The notes beneath the pieces were generated by a model. It saw only the letters and a program-made list of their open reading frames with translations, ran no database searches and was not told the origin of the DNA. From Gemmatimonadota bacterium (GTDB lineage Bacteria > Latescibacterota > UBA2968 > UBA8231): 54,015 nucleotides of DNA. The stretch covers positions 1-54,015 of the forward strand of contig JAYPJE010000021.1 in NCBI GenBank assembly GCA_038128265.1, read 5' to 3'. Both the position numbers and the translations under genes were made by a program. This document shows positions 8,879-18,839 of this stretch, one piece after another (the first letter of the stretch is position 1; every line of letters starts with the position of its first letter).

Positions 8879-8928
8879 GGGCCCGACCCGCGGACAATGC
8901 GCCTACATTCCTCGCTGAACGAGGCCAT
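8869..8928 (-). pseudogene. 19-codon ORF with strong RBS between coxS-like and moaD genes; possible relic of a deleted Mo-binding large subunit gene
   Basis: AGGAGAGG RBS then MASFSEECRRIVRGSGPCR*, out of frame with and overlapping the moaD start. Confidence 0.35.
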
Positions 8929-8961
8929 AAAACCTCTCCTGCGACCGTATTTGATCGCTGC

Positions 8962-9438
8962 TCAGGCGCTCTGCATCTCCTGCGCCGTATCGAGCACGGC
9001 GCGCACGATCTTGTCGTAGCCCGTGCAGCGACAGAGGTTTCCGGCCAGCCAGTGGCGCACTTCGTGCTCGCTGGGATTGGGATTCTGGTCTAACAGCGCC
9101 TTGGCGGCCACCAGGAAGCCCGGCGTGCAGATGCCGCACTGCAGGGCGGCGTGCTCGAGAAACTTTTTCTGAACCGGATGCAGGCCCTCGGGTGAAGCTA
9201 GGCCCTCTACGGTGGTCACGCTCTTGCCCTCGGCCTCGACGGCCAGCACCAGACAGGAATTGACCAACACGCCGTCGAGCATGACCGAGCAGGCCCCACA
9301 GTTGCCGTCGTTGCAGCCCTCTTTAGTGCCGGTAAAACCCAGCGTTTCACGCAGGACTTCGAGCAGACTCTGACGCGGTTCGCAGAGGAATTCGGTGTCG
9401 TCGCCGTTGATTGTCGTATGAACGTGTATTTTGCTCAT
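8962..9438 (-). CDS. Xanthine dehydrogenase/CO dehydrogenase family 2Fe-2S subunit (CoxS-like)
   Basis: GTKEGCNDGNCGACSV, NSCL, QCGICTPG, GNLCRCTGY. Confidence 0.93.
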   Translation of the reverse strand: MSKIHVHTTINGDDTEFLCEPRQSLLEVLRETLGFTGTKEGCNDGNCGACSVMLDGVLVNSCLVLAVEAEGKSVTTVEGLASPEGLHPVQKKFLEHAALQCGICTPGFLVAAKALLDQNPNPSEHEVRHWLAGNLCRCTGYDKIVRAVLDTAQEMQSA

Positions 9439-9591
9439 GGTTAGCTCCGTTAAGCTCGTTTATTTTCTTATCAGGTATCAGGTCTCGTCTTGGCAGCAGA
9501 CGATGACGGTGTGGGTGCCGCGGTCGTGCCAACCTGCCCGCACTGGCCCAAGTATCCGGCCAAGCCGTTGGTCGTTTCGCACAGTCCCCGT

Positions 9592-10500
9592 TTAGCCGGC
9601 AGCTTCCTGCACGGCGTTGGCGACGAACTTGCCCTTGGCGCGGTCGATGGCACCCTGTAGGGTGCGCTTGACCAGCACGCCGACCAGATGCGTGCGGAAT
9701 TCGGCTGGACCGCGCATATCGGATATCGGGCTCGCCACCGCTTTAGCCGCTTCGGCGGCAGCGGCGATGGCCTCTTCACCAACGGCCTGGCCAACCAGCG
9801 CCTCGCTGGCGGCTTGGGCGACGATGGGCGTCGGTCCAACGGCTCCCAAGGCGATATGGGCATTTTTGAATTCCTTGCCGCGATTGGCCAACTCAACCCA
9901 CGATCCCACGCCCACTACGGCGATGTCCATTTCGTTGCGCGGAATAAACCGCTGATAGTGCGATCCCTGATTTTTCTTGTTGGCCGGTAGCTGCATGGAT
10001 ACGAGCAGCTCGCCGTCCTTGAGGGCATTTTTGCCCGGTCCAACGCAAAACTCTGCGGCGGGTATGCTGCGCTTGCCCTCGGGACCGACGACGTGGCAGA
10101 TCGCAGAGTGGGCGATTAGAATGGGCGTCGAGTCAGCGCTGGGGGAGGCGTTGCACAGATTGCCGCCAAAGGTGGCCCGCCCCTGAATCTGGATGCCGCC
10201 GATAATAGAGGCCGAGTCGATCAGTCCCGGGTAGCGCGCGGCGACTTCGGCATCGTTGTAAATGCGCCAGCAGGGCACCGCTGCGCCGATGACCAGGCCT
10301 TTGCGGTTGCCAAAGGATAATTCGTTCAGTTCCGGTATGTCTTTTGCGTCGATGATGCGCTGGGGCTGAAACCGCTTGCCGCGCAGCTGCACGATCAAGT
10401 CCGTTCCGCCGGCCATGACGCGGGCATCCTCGCCCTTCTCCGCCAGCAGCGATACGGCCTCGCGCAGCGTTTTGGGCGTGCAGTATTCGAAGTCCTTCAA
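9592..10500 (-). CDS. Xanthine dehydrogenase family FAD subunit (CoxM-like)
   Basis: AGGTDL, IQGRATFGGNLCNASPSADS, PISDMRGPAEFR; TTG start with GGAGG RBS. Confidence 0.93.
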   Translation of the reverse strand: MKDFEYCTPKTLREAVSLLAEKGEDARVMAGGTDLIVQLRGKRFQPQRIIDAKDIPELNELSFGNRKGLVIGAAVPCWRIYNDAEVAARYPGLIDSASIIGGIQIQGRATFGGNLCNASPSADSTPILIAHSAICHVVGPEGKRSIPAAEFCVGPGKNALKDGELLVSMQLPANKKNQGSHYQRFIPRNEMDIAVVGVGSWVELANRGKEFKNAHIALGAVGPTPIVAQAASEALVGQAVGEEAIAAAAEAAKAVASPISDMRGPAEFRTHLVGVLVKRTLQGAIDRAKGKFVANAVQEAAG

Positions 10501-10559
10501 GGGAGCATCCTCCTCATAGGGGTCACGAACATAATAAGAATCAAAGGCACTCGCGCATA

Positions 10560-10588
10560 AGTATGATGCGGTGTTGGGGTCGTGTCAA
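10560..10588 (-). promoter_or_regulatory. sigma70-type promoter of the coxM-coxS-moaD unit
   Basis: Minus strand TTGACA, 17-bp spacer, CATACT. Confidence 0.6.
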
Positions 10589-10632
10589 GACTCGGTCTTG
10601 CCGCGAGTAAAAAGGGACGTACCTTTACTCTG

Positions 10633-10646
10633 ACTGACCAGTCAGT
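10633..10646. promoter_or_regulatory. Palindrome ACTGAC-CA-GTCAGT, candidate TetR-type operator upstream of MATE
   Basis: Perfect 6-bp arms just downstream of a TTGCCG-16-TACCTT promoter-like element (10598-10625). Confidence 0.5.
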
Positions 10647-10728
10647 TTAATCCATTTATTCCCGCCAGCTGGAAGGGTTTTGCGAGCGCATCCTTGCCCC
10701 ATGGCGAATTGGCACAGGGGCAGAGAAA

Positions 10729-12141
10729 ATGGCTGCAGAACAGACCAGAGAGGAAGGCACCGACCCGTCTGGCGCCGAAAGGGGCGGGTCCAGTCGGGTC
10801 GAGCGGTTCATCGCCAATCCGCGCAAAGCTGTATGGGAACTGTCGGTTCCGGTTATACTGGGTATGGCAGTTCAGACGGCGTATAGCTTCACCGATATGG
10901 TCTTTGTAGGCCAGTTGGGGAGTGAGGCAATTGCCGCTCTGACCTTCAATATGCCGCTGGGTTTTTTCTCCATCGGCATTACCTTCGGCCTCGGCGTGGG
11001 GGCGACCAGCGCCATTGCCCGTCTCTTAGGAGCCAAAGACAAGGCCGGCGCTGACAATGCGGCCAGCCATGCCCTGTTGATCGGTGCGCTCGTCGGGATA
11101 CTTATCCCCGCGCTGGGCCTGCTTTTCCGTCGGGAAATATTTATTGCGCTGGGCGTGTCTCCCGCGGTGCTGCAGGGAGCACTCGTCTACTTCAGTATCA
11201 TCGCGCCTAGCTTCGTGTTTTCCAATCTCAACGTGCAGTTTCGCTCTATCCTCACGGGCGAGGGCGATACGCGCACGCCCATAGCCTTTCAAATCGGCGG
11301 CACGCTGCTCAACCTAGTGCTCGATCCGCTGCTAATATTCACTGCCGGTTGGGGTATTGCCGGTGCGGCGTGGGCGACACTGATTAGTCAGGCCGCGGTG
11401 TTCCTGATTTTCTACTACTACTTTTTCATTCGCAAGGGCACCTATTTACAGCCGCCCATACGCTCGTTTACCTACTCTTCGGCCGTGGTAAAGAGCATTT
11501 TACAGATTGGTTTACCGGCTTCCCTGTCCATGGTGGTCATGTCGACCGGCGGCATGTTTTTCAATCGCCTGATTGCCACGTTTGGCGCCGACGCGGTAGC
11601 CGCCTACGGCATCGGCGGTCGCCTCGATTCGGTCTATTTCTTGCCCACCTTTGCGCTGGCCTCCAGCATGGTCACGCTGACCGGTATGTTTTACGGAGCC
11701 GGGCGCATTGATCTGATCCGCAAAACGGTCAACTACGTTCTGCTGCGCGGACAAATTCTGGCAGTGGGATTTGGGGTATTTTTCTACGTATCCGCCCCCT
11801 ACATCTACGCCATCTTCACCGATGATGTGGTCATCGTTGATATGGCGGTGGAATATATTCGCACGATGGTCTTTGCCTTCCCTTTTATCACGGTGGGCGT
11901 TATAAGCGGGCGCGTTTTTCAGGGATTGGGACGGGGCATACCCAGCCTGCTGCTGACGGCGATGCGCGTCGTGTTGGTCAGCGGTGCGCTGGCCTTTCTA
12001 TTCGTGCGCGTGCTGTCTATGGGGCTTGAGTCGGTGTGGCTGGCGCTGGCCCTGGGCGGTGGAATTACGTCGACTGTTTCTCTCGCTTGGATTCGCTGGG
12101 AGCTAAACCGCTTGACCGCTGCGCCAGAGGCCAAACGCTAG
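10729..12141 (+). CDS. MATE family efflux transporter
   Basis: About 12 TM segments; DMVFVGQLG..AIAA, GEGDTRTP, NLVLDPLLIF, GIAGAAWAT, FG..AVAAYG. Confidence 0.93.
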   Translation: MAAEQTREEGTDPSGAERGGSSRVERFIANPRKAVWELSVPVILGMAVQTAYSFTDMVFVGQLGSEAIAALTFNMPLGFFSIGITFGLGVGATSAIARLLGAKDKAGADNAASHALLIGALVGILIPALGLLFRREIFIALGVSPAVLQGALVYFSIIAPSFVFSNLNVQFRSILTGEGDTRTPIAFQIGGTLLNLVLDPLLIFTAGWGIAGAAWATLISQAAVFLIFYYYFFIRKGTYLQPPIRSFTYSSAVVKSILQIGLPASLSMVVMSTGGMFFNRLIATFGADAVAAYGIGGRLDSVYFLPTFALASSMVTLTGMFYGAGRIDLIRKTVNYVLLRGQILAVGFGVFFYVSAPYIYAIFTDDVVIVDMAVEYIRTMVFAFPFITVGVISGRVFQGLGRGIPSLLLTAMRVVLVSGALAFLFVRVLSMGLESVWLALALGGGITSTVSLAWIRWELNRLTAAPEAKR

Positions 12142-12151
12142 GGAGTAGACG

Positions 12152-12205
12152 CACAGAGGGGCCGCCCTGCTCGCAGCATCTTTGATGCAGGGCGGCCCCT
12201 CTGTG
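12152..12205. terminator. Long hairpin between the convergent MATE and RND genes
   Basis: CACAGAGGGGCCGCCCTGC / GCAGGGCGGCCCCTCTGTG 19-bp perfect stem. Confidence 0.75.
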
Positions 12206-12219
12206 TGCGGGCGGTAGAT

Positions 12220-15200
12220 CTATCCGGCCGTTTCGGGTGCGAAGTCAACCACGCCTTCGCCCTGCGTCATTCGTCCGACAAAGGCCTGCGTTTTTTCCAA
12301 TAGCATAGTGCCGACCGGCACGCCAATGAGGATGATTACGGTGGCGAAGAGTATGCCAAACGCCAGGCTGACGGCCATTGGAATCAGAAACTGTGCCTGC
12401 ACGCTCTTTTCGAGTATCATCGGCAGCAGGCCGAAAAAGGTTGTTAGCGAAGTGAGCAAGATGGGACGGAAGCGCTGGGCGCCGGCTTCGAGCAGCGCTG
12501 ATGCGTGATCCATCCCCTCGTCGCACAGCTGGTTGTAAAAGGATAGCAGCACCAGCGAGTCGTTGACGACGACGCCGGATAGGGCGATGATGCCAAATAG
12601 GCTCAGCATGGCCAAGTCGATGCCCATAAATACGTGTCCCCATACGGCGCCAATAATACCGAAGGGGATGGCACTCATGACGACAAAGGGCTGCATGTAG
12701 GACTTAAAGGGAACGGCTAGCAGCACGTAGATGACAAAGAGCGCTATGATGAAATTGAAGGTCATGCTCTGCAGCGAGTCGTTGCGCTCGCGCTGTTCGC
12801 CGCCAAAGCTGTAGCGCAGGCCCGCGTAGTCCTGCACGAGAGCCGGTAAGAAGCGCGCTGCCAGGTCGGCGTTAATCTCATCGGCATTGGCCACTTTTTC
12901 GTCCACGCTGGCGCTGACGGTGACGACGCGCTGGCCGTCGGTGCGCTGAATGGTGGAGAAGCCGTGGCCGACCTCGACGAGCGCGACCTCGTCAAAGGGA
13001 ACTTCGGCTCCGCTGGCTGTGCGAACGCGCATAGAGCGCACGTCGTCCATGGTGCGCCGCTCGCTTTCCGGGTAGCGCACCATGACGCGCACGTCGTCGG
13101 AGCCGCGCTGAAAACGCAGTACCTGATCGCCGAAAAAGCCCTGGCGCACCTGGCGTGCTAGGTCGGCCAGCGCAATCCCAAGCGTGCGCGCCTGCGGTTT
13201 GAGCTGCAGCTTCATCTCCAACTTGCCCTCTTCAAAGCTGTCCTGGATATCGCCGGTGCCCGAGTACTGGGCAATCTGTTCCTTGAGCCGCTCAACGGCC
13301 TGTGGCAGTTGCTCAAAATGGTCGGAAGCCAGCTCGATCTCGATGGCATTGCCCGCCGAGAACAGCGAAGAAGAGAATACCATAGACTCGGGGCCGGGCA
13401 CTTCGCCTACGAGCTGGCGCAGGCGGGCCTCTAGTTCCGTGCTGCCGATATCGCGCTCTTCGGCCGGTTTTAGTTCGATCGTTACTTCGCCCAGGTGGCC
13501 GCGTCCGCTGGCTCCGCCCACCGCGGTCATCGACGTGCGTCGGCCCATGGGCTGGTCGCCGATGTAGGTAAAAACGTTGCGATAAATGGAATCTTCGCTC
13601 GGATTTTCCGCATCGATTTGCGCGCGGAGTTCCAGCGCCTTTTTCTCCACAAACTCGACGACCTGAGAGGTTTGATCGACCGTTGTGCCCTGCGGCATAT
13701 TGACCGAAACGGTGAGCCAGTCCGATTCGATTTTGGGCATAAAGACGAACTTGACGTGTCCGCCTGCAACCATGCCAAAGGTCAGCATCATCAGGGCGAT
13801 GGCAATGGCCGTGCTGGATATTGGGTTGGCCAGGGCGACGCGCAGCACCGGCTGATAGACTGATTGCACAAAGCGCTTGAGTCCTCGGTCGAAGGAGCGG
13901 GCGACGCGGTCGTGAAAGTCGAGGGGCCTGCGGAAGAGGCGGCCAAAGACGCGGCTGAACAGGCCGTCGCCCTTTGATGAGAGGTGGGCCGGCAGAATCA
14001 ACAGGCTCTCGACCAGCGACAGCAGCAGCACCGAGATGACAATAACGGGGATAATCGACATAAATTTGCCCATCATCCCTTCGACAAAAAACAGCGGCAT
14101 AAAGGCGGCTACTGAAGTCATCACGGAAAAGACTACGGGTTTGCCCACTTCGAGGGCACCGTCGATCGCTGCGCGCAGGAATCCCTTGCCCTTTTCCCTA
14201 TGCGCAAAGACGTTTTCGCCGACGATAATGGCGTCGTCGACCACAATGCCCAACGCGACGATAAAGGCAAAGAGCGAGAGCATATTGATGGAGGCGTCGA
14301 AGGGCTCCATAAGCACGAAGGCGCCGAGAAAGGAAATGGGTATGCCCATCATCACCCAGAAGGCCAGGCGCAGGTCGAGGAAGAAGCTCAGGCAAATAAA
14401 GACCAGCACCAGACCGAGGCGTGCGTTGCTGATGAGCAGGTTCATGCGGCCGCGCAGAATGCGTGCGTCGTCGCGTGCATAGTCGATGGAGATGCCGTTG
14501 GGCATGGCGGTGCGCTTGTCCTGCACATACTCGTGCACGTAGGCAGAAATATCGAGGGCGCTCTGGTCGCCCGTGCGGTATACCTGCACCACGGCGGCTG
14601 GCTTGCCGTTGAAGCGTGAAATGAGGTCGTTGTCCTCGAAGCCGTCGCGCACTTCGGCGATGTCGCCCAATTTGAGCGAAGTGCCGTCAGGGCGCGTGAG
14701 CACGACGACGTCTTCGTACTCGCGGCCGCTGCGCATGAGCCCTTGGGTGCGCAGGAGGATTTCACCGTCCTCGCTTTCGACGCTCCCAGCCGGCAGGTCG
14801 AGGCTCGTGCGTCGCACGGCGGCACTCACCTGGTCAAACGTCAGGCCATAGCGCCGCAGCGCTTGCTCGGAAACCTCGATGGATATTTCGTCGATGCGCA
14901 CGCCGCTGAGTTCGGCCTGCGATATAACGCCGCTGTTGCGCAGGTCGTCGCGCACGCGTTCGGCCGCTACTTTTAACGCCTTTTCTTGCACGTCTCCGTA
15001 GAGAACGACGTCGATCACCTGCGAACGCCGCGTCAGTTCCTTGATGACGGCTTTCTCGGTTTCTGTTGGAAAGGTCGAGATGCGATCCACTTCGTTTTTT
15101 ATGTCGTCGAGCATTTGGCCCATGTCGACGCCGCGCTCCATCTCGACGCTGACGACGCCCATGCCCTCTGCGGCTGTTGAGCGCACGCGACGCACCCCTT

Positions 15201-15426
15201 CAAGGCCGCGCACGCGCTCTTCGATGCGCTTGCAGACGGCTTCCTCGACTTCGGCCGGCGCCGCGCCTCGGTAGGGTACTTGGATCTGCACCTGATCGAG
15301 CGACATTTCCGGAAAGGTCTCTTTTTTGGTCTGCATCATGGCAAACAGACCGCTGAGCATGATAAATCCCATAAGCAAGTTGGCGGCGACGTGGTTATTC
15401 GCCATCCAAGTGACAGGTGCTTTCAC
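12220..15426 (-). CDS. RND efflux permease (AcrB/AcrD/AcrF family)
   Basis: 1068 aa; ALGIVVDDAIIVGEN, GVVVNDSLVL, RFRPILLTSLTTFFGLLPM; GTG start overlaps the MFP stop. Confidence 0.95.
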   Translation of the reverse strand: MKAPVTWMANNHVAANLLMGFIMLSGLFAMMQTKKETFPEMSLDQVQIQVPYRGAAPAEVEEAVCKRIEERVRGLEGVRRVRSTAAEGMGVVSVEMERGVDMGQMLDDIKNEVDRISTFPTETEKAVIKELTRRSQVIDVVLYGDVQEKALKVAAERVRDDLRNSGVISQAELSGVRIDEISIEVSEQALRRYGLTFDQVSAAVRRTSLDLPAGSVESEDGEILLRTQGLMRSGREYEDVVVLTRPDGTSLKLGDIAEVRDGFEDNDLISRFNGKPAAVVQVYRTGDQSALDISAYVHEYVQDKRTAMPNGISIDYARDDARILRGRMNLLISNARLGLVLVFICLSFFLDLRLAFWVMMGIPISFLGAFVLMEPFDASINMLSLFAFIVALGIVVDDAIIVGENVFAHREKGKGFLRAAIDGALEVGKPVVFSVMTSVAAFMPLFFVEGMMGKFMSIIPVIVISVLLLSLVESLLILPAHLSSKGDGLFSRVFGRLFRRPLDFHDRVARSFDRGLKRFVQSVYQPVLRVALANPISSTAIAIALMMLTFGMVAGGHVKFVFMPKIESDWLTVSVNMPQGTTVDQTSQVVEFVEKKALELRAQIDAENPSEDSIYRNVFTYIGDQPMGRRTSMTAVGGASGRGHLGEVTIELKPAEERDIGSTELEARLRQLVGEVPGPESMVFSSSLFSAGNAIEIELASDHFEQLPQAVERLKEQIAQYSGTGDIQDSFEEGKLEMKLQLKPQARTLGIALADLARQVRQGFFGDQVLRFQRGSDDVRVMVRYPESERRTMDDVRSMRVRTASGAEVPFDEVALVEVGHGFSTIQRTDGQRVVTVSASVDEKVANADEINADLAARFLPALVQDYAGLRYSFGGEQRERNDSLQSMTFNFIIALFVIYVLLAVPFKSYMQPFVVMSAIPFGIIGAVWGHVFMGIDLAMLSLFGIIALSGVVVNDSLVLLSFYNQLCDEGMDHASALLEAGAQRFRPILLTSLTTFFGLLPMILEKSVQAQFLIPMAVSLAFGILFATVIILIGVPVGTMLLEKTQAFVGRMTQGEGVVDFAPETAG

Positions 15427-16670
15427 GATCCAGCCTCCTTCTCTCCGTCGCTAACGCGCACTTTCATCCCGTCAGTTACGCCGCTGATTTGCGAGGTGAT
15501 AATGCGCTCATCATCACCTAGGTCGATGCGCGCCAGCACGTCGTCGCGCATGCGTCTGAGCACGTTGGCCTGGCGCATGCGCAGCACGCCATCCTTTCCC
15601 ACTGCCCAAACGGCATCGCCCTGGCGCAGAGCGGTGCGTGGCACCATGCGCACGCCGTCGACGTGGCGTCCGGCGATGGCTACGTCGACGAACATGCCCA
15701 CCGTAAGCGGGGGCGTGCCGTCGGCAATGGCGCCGTAGGGTTCGTCGACTTCTACGACGAGTCGCACCATGCGACTCTGCGGGTCTAACTCGCCTTCGGT
15801 GCGCACCACGCGGCCCTGCCACTGGTGGCGTTGTCCGGCAAAGGAACCCTGGACAAAAGTTGTCGCCCCGCTTCGGGCGTAGAGAAAGGGAGCACTTGAC
15901 TCTTCGTCGCGTCCGCTGGCAATAGGCAGTGCGGCAAACGCGTTGGACTGGTCGTCGACCGGCGCGGGCAGGGTGAACCAGGCAAGCTCCTCGTCGGGCA
16001 CCGGAACGACGATTTCAGCTCGCTCTATGCTATACAGCTGGGCGATGGGCTGGCCGGCGTTGACGTGCTGGCCCACGTCGACTTGGGCGCTGCGCACACG
16101 CCCGCTGAAGGGCGCCGTTAAGCGGGTGCGCTCCAAGCGCAGTTCAAACTCTTCCAGCCGGGCCTGAGCGGCTGTCAGGTTGGCTTCGGCCGCTCTCAGC
16201 TGCGGCAGGCGTGCAACCAGCGCCGAGGGCGCGCTTTCGTCGCCGCGCAGGCGTTGCCACTCCTGGCGCGCCACGTCCGATTCCTGCTGTGCCAGGTCGC
16301 GCTGATAGCGCGCCTGTTCGACCTGTGCCTTTGCCTGGCGGACGGCCAGTTCGTAGTCGCGTGGATCTATGCGGAAGAGCATATCGCCTTTGGCAAAGGC
16401 TCCGCCCGGCTTGAAGTTTTCGTCTTTCCAAACGACGACGCCCGACACCTGCGGCACCAGACTAATTTGGGCGTCGGGGCGCACCGTGCCCTGGCCCTCA
16501 ACTACAACCTGCACGCGCTGTGCCGGAGCCGAGATGACCTCGACCAGCGGCCCTACATAGGGTCGCTCGATGCGCTCCGGTTCCGTCTGCATGGATACCA
16601 ACATGGCAAACGCACCGGCACCAACGGCGAGAATGAGTATGGGAAATATTGTTTTGAACACTGTTTTCAT
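15423..16670 (-). CDS. RND periplasmic adaptor (membrane fusion protein)
   Basis: N-terminal TM, GTVRP..QISLVPQVSG, hairpin coiled coil, LERTRLTAPFSGRV, GMFVDV. Confidence 0.93.
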   Translation of the reverse strand: MKTVFKTIFPILILAVGAGAFAMLVSMQTEPERIERPYVGPLVEVISAPAQRVQVVVEGQGTVRPDAQISLVPQVSGVVVWKDENFKPGGAFAKGDMLFRIDPRDYELAVRQAKAQVEQARYQRDLAQQESDVARQEWQRLRGDESAPSALVARLPQLRAAEANLTAAQARLEEFELRLERTRLTAPFSGRVRSAQVDVGQHVNAGQPIAQLYSIERAEIVVPVPDEELAWFTLPAPVDDQSNAFAALPIASGRDEESSAPFLYARSGATTFVQGSFAGQRHQWQGRVVRTEGELDPQSRMVRLVVEVDEPYGAIADGTPPLTVGMFVDVAIAGRHVDGVRMVPRTALRQGDAVWAVGKDGVLRMRQANVLRRMRDDVLARIDLGDDERIITSQISGVTDGMKVRVSDGEKEAGS

Positions 16671-18088
16671 CGCGTGGTCTCCGCGTGTTGAAAGGCGAGT
16701 GGTGCATCGCTGAAATCGCCGCCGAGGGCGAGGTGGAGGTCGATGCGTGCATCGAGGCGCTGGCGCTGCACGGTCAGCAAGCGGCTCTCCGCGTCGAACG
16801 CGCGCCGCTGAGCATCGAGCAGCGTGATCAGGTTGGACAGGCCTTTGGCGTAGCGGTCTTCAGCCAGCGTGCGCGCGGCACGGGCTTCGACGCTGGCTGT
16901 TTGCAACGCATTTTCCTGCCGTGCGAGAAACTGCTCTGCGGCGAGGGCCTGTTCTACCTCGGCATAGGCGCGCAGCGCGCTCTGGGCGTAGGCGGCTAGG
17001 GCACTCTCGGCGCCGGCCTTGGCCAGATCGACTCCCGCGCGCAGACGCCCTCCTTGTAAGAGGGGTTGGCTGATATTGGCCAGCAGGTTCCACACGGAAA
17101 AGTCGCCGTTGAGCAGGTTGTTCAGCTCGTTGGAGGAGGTGCCCGTCGACGCGGTCAAGCTGATGCGCGGCAGCAGCTGGCTGCGCGCCTGTGATAAGCG
17201 ATTTTCCGCCGCGGCTAAACGGCGCTCGGCCGCGGCCAGGTCGGGTCGTCTACTGACCAAGTCGGCAGGCAGGCCGACTGGCACTGAGGCGGTCATAGTG
17301 GGCAGTGCTTCGCTCGTGGCAATGCGCCCGCTCGGATAGCGTCCGAGCAGTAGCTCCAGTTGGCGCCGGCTGCGGTCCAACTGCTGGTGGCGCTGCTCGA
17401 GGACTGCTTCGGCTGCCGCTAGGTTGGCGCGCCCTAGGCGCAGTTCCAGCGAAGCGCTGAGGCCGCGCTGGTAGCGGCGGTCAATCTGCTCGTTGGAAAG
17501 GCGATAGTTTTCGACGGTAGCGCCTGCCAGTTCGACCTGGCGTTCGGCCTCGACGGCGGCGAAATAAGCGCGTGCCGTCTGCGCAACGAGTGACAGCTGG
17601 GCACCGCTGTATTCCGACCGCGCTGCTTCGGCATCGGCCATGGCGGCGCGCGTTCCGGCGCGTAGGCTTCCCCACAGATCCAGTTCCCAACTCGCGCTCA
17701 AATTGACGCCGTAGTTATAGGTCGTCGTGCTCAGCACTTGGCCCTGACTCCCGGGAATGGGAAAGCCGACAAAGTTCTGTTTGCGCTTTGATCCCGAGCC
17801 ACCGAGCGCGATTCCCGGCTGTAGGGGGGCACCGGCTATCCGTGCTTGCGCCTGTGCCTGTTCGAGGCGCGCCGCCGCAATCCGCAGGTCGAGGTTGCCG
17901 CTCAGTGCCTGCTGCACCAGGCTGTCGAGACGCGCATCGCCGAGCTGAGCCCACCAGTGCTGGAGTGGGGTGCCGCTGCCATCTGCCCACGTGGGGGGGA
18001 CGTCCACGGCTATATCCGGGTGCTGTGTAGGCGCTACCGAAGCGCATGCGCCTAGCGCCAGAGCCATTATCGAGACAATCGACTTCAT
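16667..18088 (-). CDS. Outer membrane efflux lipoprotein (NodT/OprM family)
   Basis: Lipobox LGAC, WW..LGD..L..LV..AL..N.DL, SWELDLWG, LVSRRPDL, LHLALGG. Confidence 0.93.
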   Translation of the reverse strand: MKSIVSIMALALGACASVAPTQHPDIAVDVPPTWADGSGTPLQHWWAQLGDARLDSLVQQALSGNLDLRIAAARLEQAQAQARIAGAPLQPGIALGGSGSKRKQNFVGFPIPGSQGQVLSTTTYNYGVNLSASWELDLWGSLRAGTRAAMADAEAARSEYSGAQLSLVAQTARAYFAAVEAERQVELAGATVENYRLSNEQIDRRYQRGLSASLELRLGRANLAAAEAVLEQRHQQLDRSRRQLELLLGRYPSGRIATSEALPTMTASVPVGLPADLVSRRPDLAAAERRLAAAENRLSQARSQLLPRISLTASTGTSSNELNNLLNGDFSVWNLLANISQPLLQGGRLRAGVDLAKAGAESALAAYAQSALRAYAEVEQALAAEQFLARQENALQTASVEARAARTLAEDRYAKGLSNLITLLDAQRRAFDAESRLLTVQRQRLDARIDLHLALGGDFSDAPLAFQHAETTR

Positions 18089-18121
18089 GATATCATCCTC
18101 AAATCCATGATATGCCAGACC

Positions 18122-18802
18122 TTAAATAGGGCGTGAGTTTGGTGCGCGAAATCCGGCAGCACTAAAGGCCACGAGACGGCTGAGATTGGCTTCGACATCT
18201 TCGAGATTGCACAGCCCATTTGAGGCGTGGTCGAGCACGTCACCAGCGCTCATAAGGTGCGCCATGGCCCCGACGACGAAAAAAAAGCGCCAGATAATTT
18301 CGTCGTGTTCTAAATCCGGTGCGGCGCGCTTGAGTGCGGGGGTAAAGCGCTGAAATACTTCTTTGAATTCGCCGTAAAGCAGCTTTTTTAGCTCGTCGGC
18401 GCGCGGATCGCTGTAGAGGCGCCCCATGAGATGCATGGTATTTTTGCCCTCCTGCGGCCTTTGCGACTGCAGGTGGAGTGCGGGAGCTAAAAAGGCGCTG
18501 AGCACGCTTTCGAGCGAGGGATTGCCGTTGGCTTTGCGCTGGGCCTCGTCGAGCAGGCGCAGGCGCTCGGCGTTAACTGGGCCGATGCGCCGGGCAACAA
18601 CTTCGCGAAAGAGCGCATCCTTTGATCCGAAGTGGTAATTGACGGAAGCCAAATTGGCGCCGGCCGCAGCCGTTATCGCGCGCAGCGAAGTCGCGTCAAT
18701 ACCTCGCTGGGCAAAGAGCTGTTCGGCCACGTCCAGGAGGCGAGTACGCGTCGCGCTCGCCTCTTCTTCGTCGGCAGTGGTCGCGCTGGAAAAAGCAGTC
18801 AT
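18122..18802 (-). CDS. TetR family regulator (PsrA-like)
   Basis: TRTRLLDVAEQLFAQRGIDATSLRAITAAAGANLASVNYHFGSKDAL HTH; start trimmed to ATG 18802. Confidence 0.9.
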   Translation of the reverse strand: MTAFSSATTADEEEASATRTRLLDVAEQLFAQRGIDATSLRAITAAAGANLASVNYHFGSKDALFREVVARRIGPVNAERLRLLDEAQRKANGNPSLESVLSAFLAPALHLQSQRPQEGKNTMHLMGRLYSDPRADELKKLLYGEFKEVFQRFTPALKRAAPDLEHDEIIWRFFFVVGAMAHLMSAGDVLDHASNGLCNLEDVEANLSRLVAFSAAGFRAPNSRPI

Positions 18803-18819
18803 AATCCAATGTTTGTTTG

Positions 18820-18839
18820 ATTCAAACGTATGTTTGAAT
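18820..18839. promoter_or_regulatory. PsrA-type operator ATTCAAAC-GTAT-GTTTGAAT
   Basis: Perfect 8-bp inverted repeat, adjoining a minus-strand TACAAT (-10) at 18838-18843 and a second imperfect copy toward the ATG. Confidence 0.7.

Noticed and set aside
9439..9591. Possible small ORF or sigma54 site between coxM-like and coxS-like genes
   Set aside because: The ~34-codon GTG ORF has no motif, and the TGGCAC lacks a proper TTGC at -12
8962..10500. Calling the cluster an aerobic CO dehydrogenase
   Set aside because: The diagnostic active-site motif lies in the large subunit, which is absent
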